In this document: piece by piece, positions 1 through 20,399 of the stretch
Numbering within the stretch: position 1 is the first letter of the stretch
How the letters are laid out: each line of letters starts with the position of its first letter
NCBI GenBank assembly: GCA_051362555.1
Contig: CM120641.1
Location: forward strand, 248,001 to 312,000
Source: Lingula anatina
Lineage: Eukaryota > Animalia > Brachiopoda
Reading direction: 5' to 3'
DNA: 64,000 nt
Notes under the pieces: model-generated
Told to the model about the DNA's origin: nothing
The model's input: the letters and a program-made list of their open reading frames with translations, nothing else
Database searches by the model: none
Program-made: the position numbers and the translations under genes

Positions 1-346
1 TAACTTTCTTCAAGAACAAACTGCACCTACTTGACTATAGGGGCTACAGAAGAGAACATATTGAAGAATTTATTGCAGTGATGAAAAAAGATTTAAGTTC
101 TTAAAAACTGCATCACTGTTGACTTTACATTTTAACCAGTACCATCATCAATAAAATACATATCAATAACTAGTTTCTATATTTTCTATGAATATTGAAA
201 ACCGGCTATCAACAGCTGTCTAGCATAGTACAGCAAGTGTTACAATTTAAAACCTCAGTAAGCACTGTGGAAGCACAGAGTCTGCTTCTGGCTTATGAAA
301 CAAATCTAAGCGCCAACTTTTTATGGGCCTTGGGCAGAAAACTTAC

Positions 347-5561
<5,215 letters not shown>

Positions 5562-8500
5562 CCTGAATCTTCTGTGGTGCTTCTACTATTTTATGTCTAT
5601 TTAGGTGCAAATAGAGAATTAAAACCTCTGATAATGTGGTCACACCACCACACCATATCTCCTTCAGGGACCACCTAAAATACCAATAAAAATATAATTA
5701 TAAAAGTATTTTTAACCAAAACCTATAGATAATACAGATTTGGGTAGGGATGGAGGGGGGGGGGGGGGGGGGGGGAGAGGACTGTATGTTAATGATGCAA
5801 CTGATATCATGCTTTGCTTAAAAATGATGTTTTCGCTTGTCACCAATAAAACTAGTGCATGAGGTAGGTACGTGTAGCTTAAAACTAATATTTTCATATA
5901 TATCGCCAGTAAAACTGAAGAGGGTAGGTCTTAGCATGACAGGTGAGGGAAAATGTAGTTCTAATTACTGTTATTCAGTACATTCAAATCATGTGTTAAG
6001 ATTAGAGTAAATAGTATGCATGGGCAATAAATAAGTCACGGGCTCAAAATTATTTCTATCTAATTTTCAATGTTCTTGCGACCGTCTCAAGACAAGAGCA
6101 AGACCCTGGCACTGGAGGTCTAGATGAATTATTCAGTCACATTATTTGCCAACGTAATAAGAGTAAAAACTTGATTCTTGTCAATTCTTTATTACCTTAA
6201 CAACTGTATTCGTCCAGAAACAGAGAGAAATAATCCAAGTTCGTCATTGATTCAAATTTTTTAATATCGAGATGGGGTGGGTGTAATCAAAATTCTGTAT
6301 TAAATCGGAGAACCATCGTTCAACGGTTATCTTGGGTAGTAGGATCTCTAATCAATTATCTTATCATTAGCAAGCGGTAACTAAGGAGAATTCAATTAAC
6401 TTAAGTGGCAATTAACGGACAATTTACCTGAAGCACCTGTCCCGCTTTTCGAGTTTGTTGTGGAGAATTCCGAGCATGCGCGTTAAGCAATTACACAACT
6501 GTAGAGGGCTTCATCAAGATAATACCAACTCTAAGGGAAAACGTAAAATTGTTGATGAAAAATATCGCATTAAACATAGATTTAACAACATTGTCATGTG
6601 TATGCTCTCTATTTCATATTCACAAACATGACATTTTACCACTTGCCAGTGTTCTAGAAAGAAAGAAAATGACAACTATGTGCTTTATTTTGTATGCCCA
6701 ACTAACACAATGCAAAACACCTTCCTACCCTTCCACGTATTAGACAAGAATACGGTGAAAAATAAATTTTTCGTAAATGACTTAAATGCGTTTGTTAAAT
6801 AAAATAAATGAAAAAAAAAAAAGAATTATTGGCAGTTTATTAAATAAAATAAATGAAAAAAAAGCATTATTGGCAGTTTTAGTAGAACATCTAAACTAAC
6901 ATTGGGGACGTACTTTTGCTCCATAAAAAAAAATTAACTTCCCATACAACAGCAAACATCACCCTTTTTGGCAAAAAGAACTCAATGAAAAAATAATAAT
7001 TGGACTACTAGTTCTTTCTTTGGTGTTGAAAAAACTGTTTTCAACTTGTAATTTATTTAACTTGAGTAAGTTCAAAGTCGCTTTATTTAAGCAACCCAAG
7101 CTACATGTAGTCTTCTACTTTTCATTAGATATATTTAACTATCTGCTATTGCACATACAATGCTCACATAATACTTTCACCTCTTGTCATACAGATATTG
7201 CAACTTACAATAGTGAAAATTGAATATTATTACATAAATGTAGTTATTTTATTACTATTTTCACCACTGGAAGCCCATAAAATTCATTTTTTCATCCATT
7301 TGACTTTTTAAAATCCTAAAGTTTGTTATTGGCTCCCTTAAATTTAAAGTGATTAAGTAGGTCAATGTATTTTTAAGACCACAAACAGTAAGTATTTTAT
7401 AACCTTATACCATCATGACAACAGCATCAATGTTCAGTTTATCTACAAGAACCAAATGCCTGCCACCTTTAATCCTTACTCTTCTTAACTTCCCACAGAG
7501 GCAAATGTAAAAGTTTCAGTCATTCACTAATAAGTGTCATCACTGTTGGACTTTGAGCCACCTTAATGCTTAAAACTTTTCCACCAACATATAGTGACAT
7601 ACAACACAGGTAATTGGAAAACTGCAGTAAAACCAAAGGGAGGAAAAATTTCTAAGATGAACAGTGTTGATAATCTAGTTATTTTACCTATATAACATAT
7701 TCCAAATCAGTGCTATGTTTATTTTTTTACATAACTTTTACCTTATTTTTCTTTATAATCAATGATTTAGAGCAATAAGAGCAGTATTTCATTTCTTAAT
7801 CTGGAAATAATCAACAATTATTGCAAACTGCATCAGTTTTCAACCACTGCCAACATATGTGTAAAGGGGACACGGGATGCCTCAAACACAAACATACATA
7901 TAAAAATAGCTTGAGCAAAACATACAAATGCTCATTTCTAAAGTAGCTTTACTCAATACAATCAGTTGTAAAATACTCTAGAAATGCATAATATAATATA
8001 CTAATGAAGAAGAAAATATATAGTTACAACATGCAGAAAAGTGGATACACATATATTTCAACAGCTGTAATTCAACATGAATACAAAGTGTTGAAGGTAA
8101 AGAAACTGAGTGCTACATCACAACCATTAAAATGGAAAATATGACATCATTACAGAATAGTTACATCTATTTAACTTACATGATAAGGTATCCAATTATT
8201 ACATAATATATAATCTAAAAGTAGCAACACCATACATCATTAACTTCATTATGATATGATAATCAAATACTGACTGTACGTATCGACATAACATCTTAAA
8301 TGACAATTATTTTACATCGCATAGATGTTAATTACATAATTGTACATCAATCTGAACTGAAGAATCACAGAAATACATACCATAATACAACTAAACTGAC
8401 TAACATTTTTGGAAGGCAGCTGTTCTTTAAAAAATTGGTACTATTTTGAAATGAAGCAAACCGAATAGTTACCATGTCAAAAATTAAAGAGATGGTATAA

Positions 8501-8843
8501 TCACTATCTCATATTAAAATGAATATTTTTGGCTAACTTTGAAAATTAAAGCATCTACAAATGTTGAAAACAGTAAATATGTAGATTTCTACCAACTGTT
8601 GTCTTGTATATAAAACCTGCCTGTAAAATGCACTGAACATTTTCTGTTAGTAAGTTAAAGTTAAAATTCTGTATTTCAGGTTGAAGTCATGTGGATAACA
8701 ATCAACAAAGAAAAATAGAAAAGAGGATGCTATGACCACAAAGTAAATACTCAAATCATTTCTTTTATAAAAGAAGTAACAATCGAAATAACTTAATGTA
8801 TAGGACAATATATGTCTAAAAAAACTAATGTCAACCATAAAAA

Positions 8844-11800
8844 TCACGTGTTCTTATCAGCCTCAGGGTAAGTTGGGAACTTGGCTATTTCAATCTTTTC
8901 TTTAACTTTATATGATGGATATAGACCTGTCTTGGAAACTCTTTTATTTTCTCCTTTTGAATATCCATCCCAGTGGTTTCCAGCAATTCCAACTAAATCC
9001 CCAGGTTCAAGAGGAATTTCTCCTGGCCGCGGACTATGTGCATAGATTGCTATCTGATTATGTCCGTGCTGTCCGCCATAGTAATAGACATCGTCAAGTG
9101 AACGGAAGTAGGTTGAAGCGTCTGTGTGCATCGTCTGCATTATTTCGTAGGCTAATCGACATACCTGAAACACATTTTGGAGAAGGATTATATAATTACT
9201 ACAAAGAGCAAAAGAATCTTTGGCTGAAAGGAAGTAAACTAATAAAACAAAAACTTTAAAACTCTAAATTCTGGAAAAGCTAAAATTTGGGATGAACTAG
9301 CAAGGAGACTTACCTGAGATGAAAAAGTACAAACAAGAAAATCCGTCATGGATAAGAAATGTATATCTATGATGATTCCACGTAAAGACATGTCAGAGTA
9401 CCTGCTGCCCAGACCAGCTGATTTGGCAATGTCTTGATCCCCAACAAATTCATAATTAGGGAACCTGAAGAATCAAGCGAACAGTGACCTAATTTAAGAG
9501 CAATATATATTATATATTGGCACTATATAGAACATTTACACAATCTAAATACAGTTTCTTCAAGAAATTACAAAGAATTATACCTATTTTGTTGAGGAAT
9601 CTGTTCTTAACTTGCAATGAATTTGGTATTCAATTTAATTTTTTTGATTCTATTAAAATTTTTGTTCTTTAATAACATTAAACTTTCATACACCACAGAG
9701 CCTCTTACTTGGATCTTGCCTCAGGAAGAACTCCAGGATCATCTGAAGCCAAATAGACTCGTTTTTTCTCTATCTTTTGTCTCCTTGACAACAGTTCATA
9801 ATATTCATCTACGTGAAACATGTACTCTTCAATAGAGTGGAAGGCTGCCTCAGTGCCAACTTTATCAGTCCGCCGGACATGTATTCTGGTAGAATAAGAC
9901 AAGAAAACTCAGACTTAGAGAGATTCAAGTTGAATTATCAAACATTTCAATACTTATAACAACCAACTGCCAATTACTGTATATACTTTAACTGTTAATA
10001 TAGTTACAGGTTTGATTTTTCCTAAAACCTTAACATCAGACCCATCAAAGCAATCAAGACTTCGTGTATTATTACAACACCAGCAACTTACCCTACAATT
10101 GGGTTTTTAAAACCAAATTTCGCTTGGACATTGTCCAAGTCTTGTTTTAATTCTGGTTGGTAGCGTAAGAGATATTTCACAACCTGTCCCATCCACCACA
10201 CAAAAGGGTGTCCATGGAAACGTGTGAGGCGAGGCGCCAGATCTTCTGGTATGGACTGAGGAAGTTGATCAGGGCGAGGACGGATGCTGTCAACAATTGG
10301 TAAACTGACAGCCTGGACATCTTTTATCTCGTTCTCAGCTGAAATACATTGAGATTTTATCATGTGGCTGTGCTAAATAACTATATCAAATTTTGTTTGA
10401 AGAAAATATAGTTTCATTATCTGAATGATTCCAGGTACTAATTAACAACTGATAATGAAAAGACTGTTAAACTGCCAAGTTAGTCTGGCACATCATACTA
10501 TAATTAATATTTGACATGAAAAGTATGTTATTTGATTACCTGCAGGTGCTTGAATGGTGGAGTGTGGAATTTGTAATGCAATTAACAAGACGTGCAAACA
10601 AGTACAGTTCTAATATATACAATGTGTTCACATGTGTACATTATTGTAACTAGAGGATCAGAGAGGCGATACGGCCTCTGGATATTGTACCACCAGCTGG
10701 AGTAAGCTCATTCGTATGGAACACCAAAAAAAAAAAAAAAAGGGACACCACTACCAGTCTTGTGCTTGACAAGCTCCATAAAATGCAATAAACAAGAATT
10801 CTCAAAATATCCAAAAAAAAAAAAAAAAAAAAATGCAAAAAAAAAAAAAAAAATGCAAAAAAAAAAATAAAATAAAATAATAATAATAAATAAATAAAAA
10901 ATAACTGTAAAAATGGTCCTATCAATTTTTGAATTGACTTGCGTTTTCCTCACATTGATCACTCCTGTGATTTTCTAGACAAAAGGCCTATTGGTTTTCC
11001 TCGAAATGTATTATCAGTGTTGCATATTTGCTGATGAAAAAGAAAACCAAGGGGCAACACTGGGCATATCTCTGCTAGTTTTGAAGATATGAGGGGCAAG
11101 AAAATATGCAAAGTTAAGTTCATGGTGAAAAAGAAGATCAAAGGTCAATTTCAAGGTCACAGTATAAGACTTCCTATTCAAGTTCAATAGTAACTATGGG
11201 CATTTCTTTGCCAATTTTGGAGATATAAATGCCAGAAAACATGCAAAGTATAGTTCATCATAAAAAGTAAGTCAAAGGTCAATTTCAAGGCCTCAGTTAG
11301 ATTGCTAGTATATGCTTTCCTATTTAAGTTCAATAGTAACTATGGGTGTATCTCAGCTAATTTTGGAGTATTTCACATTTTATTTTCACCACTGAATATC
11401 GGATATTGAACTTTTTGACATAATGCAATGCCTAAGCTGAATCAAAAAAGGAAAAATGGACACCACCTTCTGTGTTGCACTTGATAAGCTCTACAAAATG
11501 CAAAAAACAAGAGGTCTCTAGCATTAACGGTTCCAGAATTAGAGAGAAAGTTTTCAGTTTCGGCATCTAATGGCCGCTACTCCCATAAAAATGCACCGAT
11601 TGACCCCAAACTCAAAAAGATGAAAGATGACCCAAAGGGTAACAACTACCCATAATATTATAGGTAAGATCTGTGTAGTTTCTGAAAATCAGCAGAAATA
11701 AAAAAAATTTCTGCAAAAAATTAAGATTTTTAGAAAGTCAAATCCAAGGGCATATTTGGAATCTTCACATATGACTTTTGGTCAGGCTTCTGTAGTAATT

Positions 11801-14282
11801 TTTCCCATAATTCCTTTGATTTGGGAGATATTTGGCATTGAATTTTCAAAAATTTTGACAAGGGTGCATTTCAACGAGCATCATGCCCAGGCCAATACAC
11901 TGACTGAGACAAAAAGAACAGGGGGTTCAAGTTGAGATTATATGTGACCTAAATCCAAGAGATGGGGACATGGGTCCTTGCAGTCTAGGAGGAGAAGCGG
12001 TAACGGTGACTTGTATCCGGCGCCAGTACGCGGAGCCGGTGGAGCCCCAGGAGCCAGCGGAGCCGTACGAGACGGGTCGGGACTAAAACCATGAGTACCG
12101 CCAGCGTACACGCTGGCGGTACTAATTAATCAAGGGTAACAATTACAAGATTCCAAAGTCACACCATAAAAATGTCAATGTGTGAAAAATCACATAATAA
12201 CCTGTTTTTTCATGCCAAAAATCTCTCCACTAGATTTGAGGAGGATAAGTTACCCGTTTCCCATTTATTGCAATAATAGTATAACACCATGGCAATGGTA
12301 CTGATGATGACAGATGCAGGTGATGGCTTTATGTACAAACACATGCAACCTATTTATTTCCAGTGTACTTACGTCCCCAGCCTCTGGAGGATTTTGCAGC
12401 CGCGTTCCGACAGCTGTCACTCACAGGCATGAACACTTTCTCCCATCCCCCGCTAGAATACCGCCAGCCACTGGACTGGAGGATCATGGTACGTTCAGTG
12501 GCATACGCAAGAATAAAACAGTATGCAACATGGTGGATCTGGCAGCCGAAGCCACAGCCTTTATTGACATTACAGATCAGCTTCTTGGCATTTTGGCAGT
12601 CTTTGGGATTCTGAAGTAAAAATTTGCTTCAATGATCACACAATCCTAGATGTATGATGAATTTTAACCGCGTAAAAATAAATTTTATATATTCTAACAA
12701 TTCCTAGACGTATTCTGATGAATTTTAACCATGTAAAAACAATCAATGTATTAGATATCATATTCTATGGTACTGGCTGAATCTGTATCACTGTAATATG
12801 ATCAATTCTTGAATATTCAAAATATCTACCTGCAAATAATGAAATCGTCGTTGTACAAGTGCTTCTAAATCTTTGGCTTCCTTTTTCCTCCAATTTTCTG
12901 CCCCATCAATTTGGCTTAAGCTATGCAAATCTGTTAGTATGGACCTGTTGGAAAACAATAATTTGGAGCAATAAACATTCTCAAAATGTCAAATAACTGT
13001 ACTTATTAAGCCTTCTACATCTGATTAAATTCTAATATGTAGGCAATTAATGACCTTTTTGAAAGCCAATCTTCTTCTAACTCAACGCTTAAGATGAGCA
13101 AGCATTACCAGTTATGTAACCCTTCAACATATTTATTATTAAAAAGTCATAAAAACATGATTCATATACTGTTTATTAGTAAAAAGTATAAAGTCAAAAA
13201 ACCATGATTTACAAACCTTTCTTGATGCCCTGCATCATCTAATAAGTCATTAACTTTTGTGTTTAACTGTCTATTATCCTTAGCAACATTTTTAATTTTC
13301 TTTAACTCGGAGCGTATGAAGTACCACAACTCTGTCACACCGTTGTAAAGTTTTCTTCGCAGTTTTTCGTGTTCGGCGCTAGGACCGTCTGACAGAATTT
13401 TACTGCCAGCAACAGCATCACCCTCAGCTACAAAAAATATTAAAAAGATACCAAATGCTTAGTCTTAATCCCCCTCAGGAAGTGATCCACAAGAGATATC
13501 AAGATAAAATCAAGGTAGCAGTTAGAACTACATGGACATGCCTTCTCGATCTATCTTAAAATCATCTTTACTTAACGACAGTACAACTGAACTAAACTTT
13601 TACTAAGTCAGTGTTTAAACACCTAGTAAAGTTAATATTTCAGCTTAAGAAAAATTCTAAATGAAATATGCATCTGGTTGCTTATACCTTGATTTAGAGG
13701 TGCTTTGTCTCCCATCTGAAGATTAAGCTGTCTTATTTCTCTATTGGCTTCATTTAATTTATTCTGTAGTAATTTGACTGCAGCACTATTCTCACCACCT
13801 ACTCCAACCACCAGCCTTACATCCCTGAAAACATGTTATGTCCTGGGTCATATCTGTTATATGACTAATGATGGGTTTGAAAGCTCAATCAAATTTGCAG
13901 CATAATCAACATCCCTGAGTGCATGAAAAAATTGGTTGTCTTCCAATTAATCTACCCTGGTACAACACCACCTTGATATTTTCATCATATTAAAATATTA
14001 TATTAAAATAGTAAATTTAATATGAAAAACTGAAATTCAATAAAATAAAAAACAATGTCAAAACAGAATCTCAAACCAGAGAAACCAGTACCTGAGTTCA
14101 TTGGTCAACCTCTGTAGTTCTAAGTTCTGTTTTTTAAGCAGTAGAATTTCTTCCATTGCCTTAGTCAGCTGTCTCTCCATCTTGTCCCCTGTGTCACTGG
14201 GCTGCATCACCATAGTGCTGAGGTAGACTAGGATCAGCACCCAGGCTGCCACCAAACATACCACCACACGCCACAGGTTCAT
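8844..14282 (-). CDS. FUT8: Alpha-(1,6)-fucosyltransferase (GT23 plus SH3 domain), spliced
   Basis: Exons ~14092-14282 (type II TM anchor [20 protein letters not shown]), 13688-13824, 13217-13427, 12830-12944, 12373-12610 ([12 protein letters not shown]), ~10092-10339, ~9709-9885 ([15 protein letters not shown]), ~9314-9463 (FLVCTFSSQ) and ~8844-9164 (VCRLAYE, SH3 [10 protein letters not shown]; stop at 8844). Probable 5'UTR exon has its donor at ~19894. Confidence 0.96.
10648..12128 (-). mobile_element. Non-autonomous Helentron/HINE (DINE-1-like) element, copy 1, in a FUT8 intron
   Basis: Closely similar to 47934-50139. One end has the hairpin gtaccgccagcgtacacgctggcggtac next to a ggagcc-rich microsatellite; the other has a short palindrome and ctagtt (minus strand). 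Two internal ~145-bp units. Family assignment is inferred from structure. Confidence 0.75.
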
Positions 14283-15322
14283 GCTCTCCCTGCCTGCCAG
14301 ATGACCTGATAGGAAAATAAGACCCACTTTACTTTCATAGGAAATGGTAAATGAACTACCTTATTAATTATTCATCCAAATACAATGTTGGAGCCAGTAA
14401 AGAGCCACAGCTGTGAAATAAACCTAGGGTGCTGAAAATGCTGTCATTACCAAAATTGAGTGCCAGCATGTTTTTTGCACATTTATACCTGAAACAGTCA
14501 TTAAAACAGTCATCTTTGTCAGCCGACATCAAAAACATTGCTTACTGGTACTGAACTACAGCCAGTAGCCACAGTGACCTCTACTTACTAAGTAACATAT
14601 TTCCTTAGAGATCAGTCACAGTTGTCAAATAATAACACATATATCAGACAAGTACTTTCTACTAGTATGCTCAGTACATTGCACTGATGAATGCAGGTAT
14701 CTAAGCAGTCACCAAGAACACAATGGTCAAATGCAAAGCACTGAATACTCCAGATGTCTATACTTGATAATCAGACCTGAAGTACACACAGTTATATATA
14801 TATATAATAAGTGTGAAGTGAGATAGGTGGTAGTTTGATGGGGTAGACCATTACCTTACAGCTGTGACTATCTTCACCTTGTCATCAACCCTACTATAAC
14901 CCTAGTGCCTTCATCTAGCCTGGAGGGAGGTCAGAGGTCACACTGCGTCTCAAGGGGCTCTGGAGTACATAAATCAAACTATCAAAGACGAATACTACAT
15001 ACATGTACAGATATAGGCAATAAATCTGAAAACACAGAATATCAAATAAAATAGATACCAGTGGACATACACATGACTGACTAGACTACAATATTTCAAG
15101 AAATATAAAAGGAGGAACTAGAGCTAGATATCAACAAATACATATTGAATTTAAGAATTTATCTGGATACCAATAACAATAATAATAATTACAATTATAA
15201 CTATAGTAATATAAATAATGACAACAAAAATAATCCTAATTATTTGGATACAATTATTGCAGTATACATAATATTTCAATGAAGTGAAATGCATATATAT
15301 ATATCTTTTAATTTTTATATTA

Positions 15323-15358
<36 letters not shown>

Positions 15359-15941
15359 CATGCGTACAGAGTCTACAGACAAAAACTCACACATGCGCCA
15401 CTTTAAAATACTGGCAAATGTTCACATACTAGTTTCTGGATGATGAAGCCAATTGTGAATTATTGATGAAGGCATAATGAAGCAATCATTATCCTAATTT
15501 CCCCCACTGCAAAATGTCAATAAATTGTCATCAATAACACTGAAATAAACAGCTCAACTGCTCACTTTGCAGGCAAGATTCTAATCAGAGAATGTTTGCA
15601 CCAAAAACTTTCATTTGATAAACCTAGTCCCCATGGTTTTAACTAATTAACTACTAGTAGTCTAGAAGTTGCGGTTTTGAAAAATTATTGCAGTGGTTAA
15701 CAACATTTCAAACATGCAGACAAACATCTGAAATGTTCATGTATGTTTTACTTGGTCCTTATCAATACACTACAATGCAAAGCTCTATTGATAAAATTTA
15801 TTTAAGATAAAATACCTACAAGTGAAGAAGTCCATAATGGGTTTCTTCTTGTAAACCAAACCTTTAAAATCCACAGGCATGCTGCTATTAAGTGTTCTAG
15901 ACTTCACTCACTATATAATTAATTCTTTTGCATAACAATGT

Positions 15942-15945
<4 letters not shown>

Positions 15946-16024
<79 letters not shown>
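15946..16024. repeat. (TA)n microsatellite
   Basis: Seen directly in the sequence. Confidence 0.95.
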
Positions 16025-16026
<2 letters not shown>

Positions 16027-16106
16027 ACTCCTGTCAACTGTCCTGTTCAACTGTGAACTCATTACTTTTTTATGAAGAATAGTGGCTTTTTGGTAAAGTG
16101 AATTTA

Positions 16107-16659
16107 TACCCCGTTCACACTACGCTCAGTTATCCGGATAAGTTGCGAATTAGGTCACAATTCGAATAAATGCAGTAGTGTGAACGCAAGAGGATTTTGA
16201 AAATGCGCATTTTCAAAATCCTGCAAGCGAGGTGGATTTCTAAGCGCGATCCGGATAACTTACCGGAATCGACACCTGTACAGATCTTACTGCGCATGTG
16301 TGCAGATAAGTGCGGATATCTATGAACGCTGGTTTATTACTTTAGCGATTGCACCAAACGTATTTGGCGGTCACCACTCACTACAACATGAGGAAACAAA
16401 CTTATTTTGCCACCTTATACTTCTCAAGAATGCTGGAATGTCTTTTGAGTTGCATTTGTCGTCACAAATTTTTGTTGATATTTTAAGATTTCCTGTGCGG
16501 CGCATGCGCGAGTGTTCAAAACAGGAAGTTTAACCTGAAATTTTCAACGTGGGATTCGGATTCGCTTAGCGAGTGTGAACGCAATACCGAATCGGATTCC
16601 TTACGAAAAATCCGAATTATAGAAATGCGCATTTTGGCAACTGTAGTGTGAACGGGGTA
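16107..16659. mobile_element. Non-autonomous PIF/Harbinger-like DNA transposon (553 bp)
   Basis: Perfect 17-bp TIR taccccgttcacactac / gtagtgtgaacggggta with TTA on both sides (target-site duplication). Confidence 0.85.
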
Positions 16660-17336
16660 TTAGAAACATAAAACAATTCTTATAATTTGCATTTAAACTA
16701 AAACCTCTGAAAAGACATAAGACACCTAATTTCAATCAAAAGGTGTGATCTTCATATATACTTAGCATAGAAGGTATTTTGGTCTTGGGCATGTTTGCGG
16801 TATCACTGTGAACACATTATGAAGCAATGATGGCTGTCATTTTCAGAGATAAATCAGCTGCCATCCTGGACAGAGAAGATACCAGGTGTGGGCATCCCGC
16901 CCAAGGACTATCTCAATCCTGGATAAATACTATGATCCAATGGGTTACTTCACTGCCAAGCTTTAGGCTTTAAAGTTTACCTTTAAGTCTAGTTAAAGAC
17001 AAGCTTTATTTTTGGGTTAAAATATTAAATCAAGTTGCTTCCCTGCTGAAAAGTACACAAACTGGATGTTTTCTTTATTGGAAACAATTGCCAGGGCACA
17101 GTCCTTCATGCTGCTACAGCTGCCACTAGATTCAGTGTTATGCTCACTACATGACTCTGCATGACTTGACATGTTTTCACACAAGTTTCCTATTACCCTC
17201 CAGCAATCTATCTGTGTCCATATAGAAACCTTTGCCAAGCTGAACATAACTGTTGTTAGAAGACAATTCCTACTTAATCAACAAATATAAGTGACAGCAG
17301 CGAAACATTCTTTTCACAACATTTTGACTGACTTAG

Positions 17337-17560
17337 ACCCCATTTCCATTGATTTTAGATCGATCTATCCCTGCGGGGAGTCTCACTAGATTACTGTCAG
17401 CTTAGCCAGCTTAAGCGTCTGTCCCGCCTACTAAAAGCTGTAAAGCGGTAATTAACTATGGTGCGCGCTTTGCTGACTGCAATTTAGCGTGAACCCCCAG
17501 GGAGTAAGGTCCATCTAAATCTTAATCCCTGGATCGATCTAAATCTCTGGGAATGCACCC
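17337..17560. mobile_element. MITE family B, copy 1
   Basis: Highly similar to 62495-62722 (same orientation) and 59440-59657 (inverted); imperfect terminal inverted repeats containing agatcgatct. Confidence 0.8.
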
Positions 17561-17563
17561 TAA

Positions 17564-17823
17564 GACTGGGTTCCCATACCTGGATTGATCTAACAGGATC
17601 TATCCATCTCCAAGGGATTTCTCCCTAAATTGCTTTCAGCTTATTAAGCGGCTTAGATGTTTGACACGCCAACTGAAGCTTCTAAACGATAATCAATTAT
17701 CTCCTAGCAGCTTGAATACATGAGACAGACATCTCAGCCACTGAAGTCAATTGCAATTTAGCGAGTACCCCCATGGAGATAGATCGATCCACAGTTAGCA
17801 TGAAAGGGTCTGGGAATGGTCCC
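17564..17823. mobile_element. Tourist/Harbinger-like MITE, family B-related subtype
   Basis: Inverted homologue at 19128-19383; flanked by TAA and TTA; directly abuts the preceding MITE. Confidence 0.75.
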
Positions 17824-19127
17824 TTAAAGTATTCTTATGTCAAGGCTATAGTTATATATACAAAATACAAAAACACCTGTCAGTAGAATTCATGAAAATT
17901 AAATTATGTTATACAAGTACTATGCTAATGTGATATATGAAAACTAAGACCAAATCCCAGATGACCCATTAGGACCAGGATGCTAATGTGTAGAACTGCA
18001 TAATGAAAAACTGGATGATTATAAATTAAAGCAATTTGATGAAATTGCAGATAGTTAACCTAAGTGTCTATGCTGCCTCACTTTGCTGTAGCTCTTACGA
18101 CCAATCCTTTACATATTATGATTACTAATATGTAGACTAATCTTACCTATTCCCTTTCAGTTTCACCATATCTTAGTTATATCTATTTAAAAAGATGCAA
18201 TTCTTTTTATCTTAAAACAGCTTTACAAACAGAAAAGTACTATTTTAAGTGGTGACATCAGCAAGAAGCCATTTGTCTTGAGAGTTGTGCTGACTCTCTG
18301 CTAAGAGACTTACTGCAGCCACAAAAATGTCAAATCACCCACAGCATCAATTACTTCATGTTGGTGACATTTATAAAAAGAATTAAAATACTGATTTCTG
18401 AGTTGGAAGATATTTTTTTGATAAATGCCCTATCCTATAATGAGTAATGTATAACATAATAACCAAAATAAATGAATGCAAAATGGATTCATATTTTCTA
18501 ATCAACAGTCTCCATGCCTTAAGAACATAGTCAGGGCTCCAATTAACCCCCTAAAGCAAACCCCTCTATTTCCCTGGCCATTAATCAATCCAGCAGAGTG
18601 CACAGCAGCAGTAGGAGTCTAGGACAATACATATATGGCTTATGACTGCTCTCTGCATGCATAAAGATGATGTGAGGTTGTCTTCCCACCGAGATTTCTC
18701 TTATACATTGAAATAGTCTAACTGATAATTAGCAGACTTATCTTGTACCTTGAAACAGTCTATTAGCAGGCTACTAATCCTGGTCTAAGTTACTATCACT
18801 ATATTGCCTTGAACCCAGCTAGTTATTATGGAAGTTGAATGTCAATTTAAGATATCATCAATATTTAGTATTACCTGTGACTGGCAGACAGGAAGTCGTC
18901 AACTCTGTTATTGCTTGGTCTTATTTCTTTTCTTATTTTTTATTGCAATCGTAAAAGCTCACAGTCATTAAATTCTCTTCCAGCTTTGCTATCTAACATC
19001 AAGCCAATCAGCACTATTTAATTCTGACGACCTTATACAGGTGTCATTTCCTACATGTTTTTTGAGGACACTTTTTTTCTTGAAAAAAATGGTCCCTATA
19101 CATATTGTTACTAGTAAAAATATGTAA

Positions 19128-19383
19128 GGGATCATTCCCAGACTCTATAGTACTAACTTTGGATCGAACTATCTCCAAGGGGACTCTCCCTAAATTGCTA
19201 TCAACTTAAGCTGCTGAGATGTCTGTTACGCCTACTGAACCTGCTAGGGGGTAATTAATTATTGTTTAGCAGCTTCAGTAGATGTGCCAGACATCTAAGC
19301 TGCTTAAGCAGAAAGCAATTCAGTGAAAACCCCTTAGAGATGGATAGATCCTGTTAGATCGATCTAGGCATGGGAACCCAGTC
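19128..19383. mobile_element. Tourist/Harbinger-like MITE, inverted relative of 17564-17823
   Basis: Termini are reverse complements of those of 17564-17823; TAA on both sides. Confidence 0.75.
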
Positions 19384-20399
19384 TAAGTTACCAAGCGACA
19401 GACTGCATAAGTTTTATATGTCTACTAGTTTAATCTAGCAACCAATTATGACTTCTCCTAACTTCTGCTTAATTAACACATACCACACAGACAGCCCTGA
19501 GGGCTAACGCATGGAACTTTGTGCTACTTAAATGAGCTGTATCCCATTTTCCAAAATTTTAAAGGGAGAAGCATCTAACTTAAAAGTCAAAGTCGAAGGG
19601 GGAATCCTGTTCTCCTGTGGCCGCAAGTAGATTACAGTGTTAATATAAAGTAGTGTTTACCAATTAATGACTGTTGCAGAGTTAGGCTACATGTACAGTA
19701 CTAGTAGTAATACTAACAGCAGTACTAGATGTCGTCAGTGCCGGGGAAGTGGCAGTGCACTACTACGACTACTACTACTAGTGACAGTTGTGTAATGTCA
19801 GTTACCGCAGTGTCACACCTCACTCAGTCACAGCAACAGTGTCAATCGACTGTGCTGAGGCTATGTTGCCTTAACGGAGGACTTACTTACTTACAGGAGG
19901 GCTACAATTCAACATAACACAGTGAAATACTCTAAATTAATCAGACATACACTACCTTTAATTACAACGGTTCTAGTATTCCGTCGAGGATCAGTGGTCT
20001 CAATGTATAACTATAAACGCCTTGCGATCATGTATGTTCCCAAACCGGAACAAGTTGCTGCTCACGCGAGATAATTTATGACGCGAGATCGTGTAATGTG
20101 ATATGACTGAGAGGCTTGCAGTAAGGCCTCGTTTTAAATCTTTAGCATCCAAATACGATAAATCCAAAATGAGATGAGCAAGAGGAAAAGTTATATTATT
20201 TCTTTGCCCGCAGCGCATGTTATAGGTGTCCGCGGAAAAAAATAAGTCCTTGATATGTAGACGTTTGACTGAAATACAAAATCTTCTTCCAAAGAAGTAT
20301 ATAAGATATATTTTTCTTTCATATGTCTATCATAAACGAGATGCTATAGTCTCTGGTCAAAACTATGTGCGTAGGAATATGTTGAATCTATTTGAGAGA

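Noticed and set aside
10650-10962. Phe-rich ORFs
   Set aside because: Poly-A tracts within the HINE-like element.
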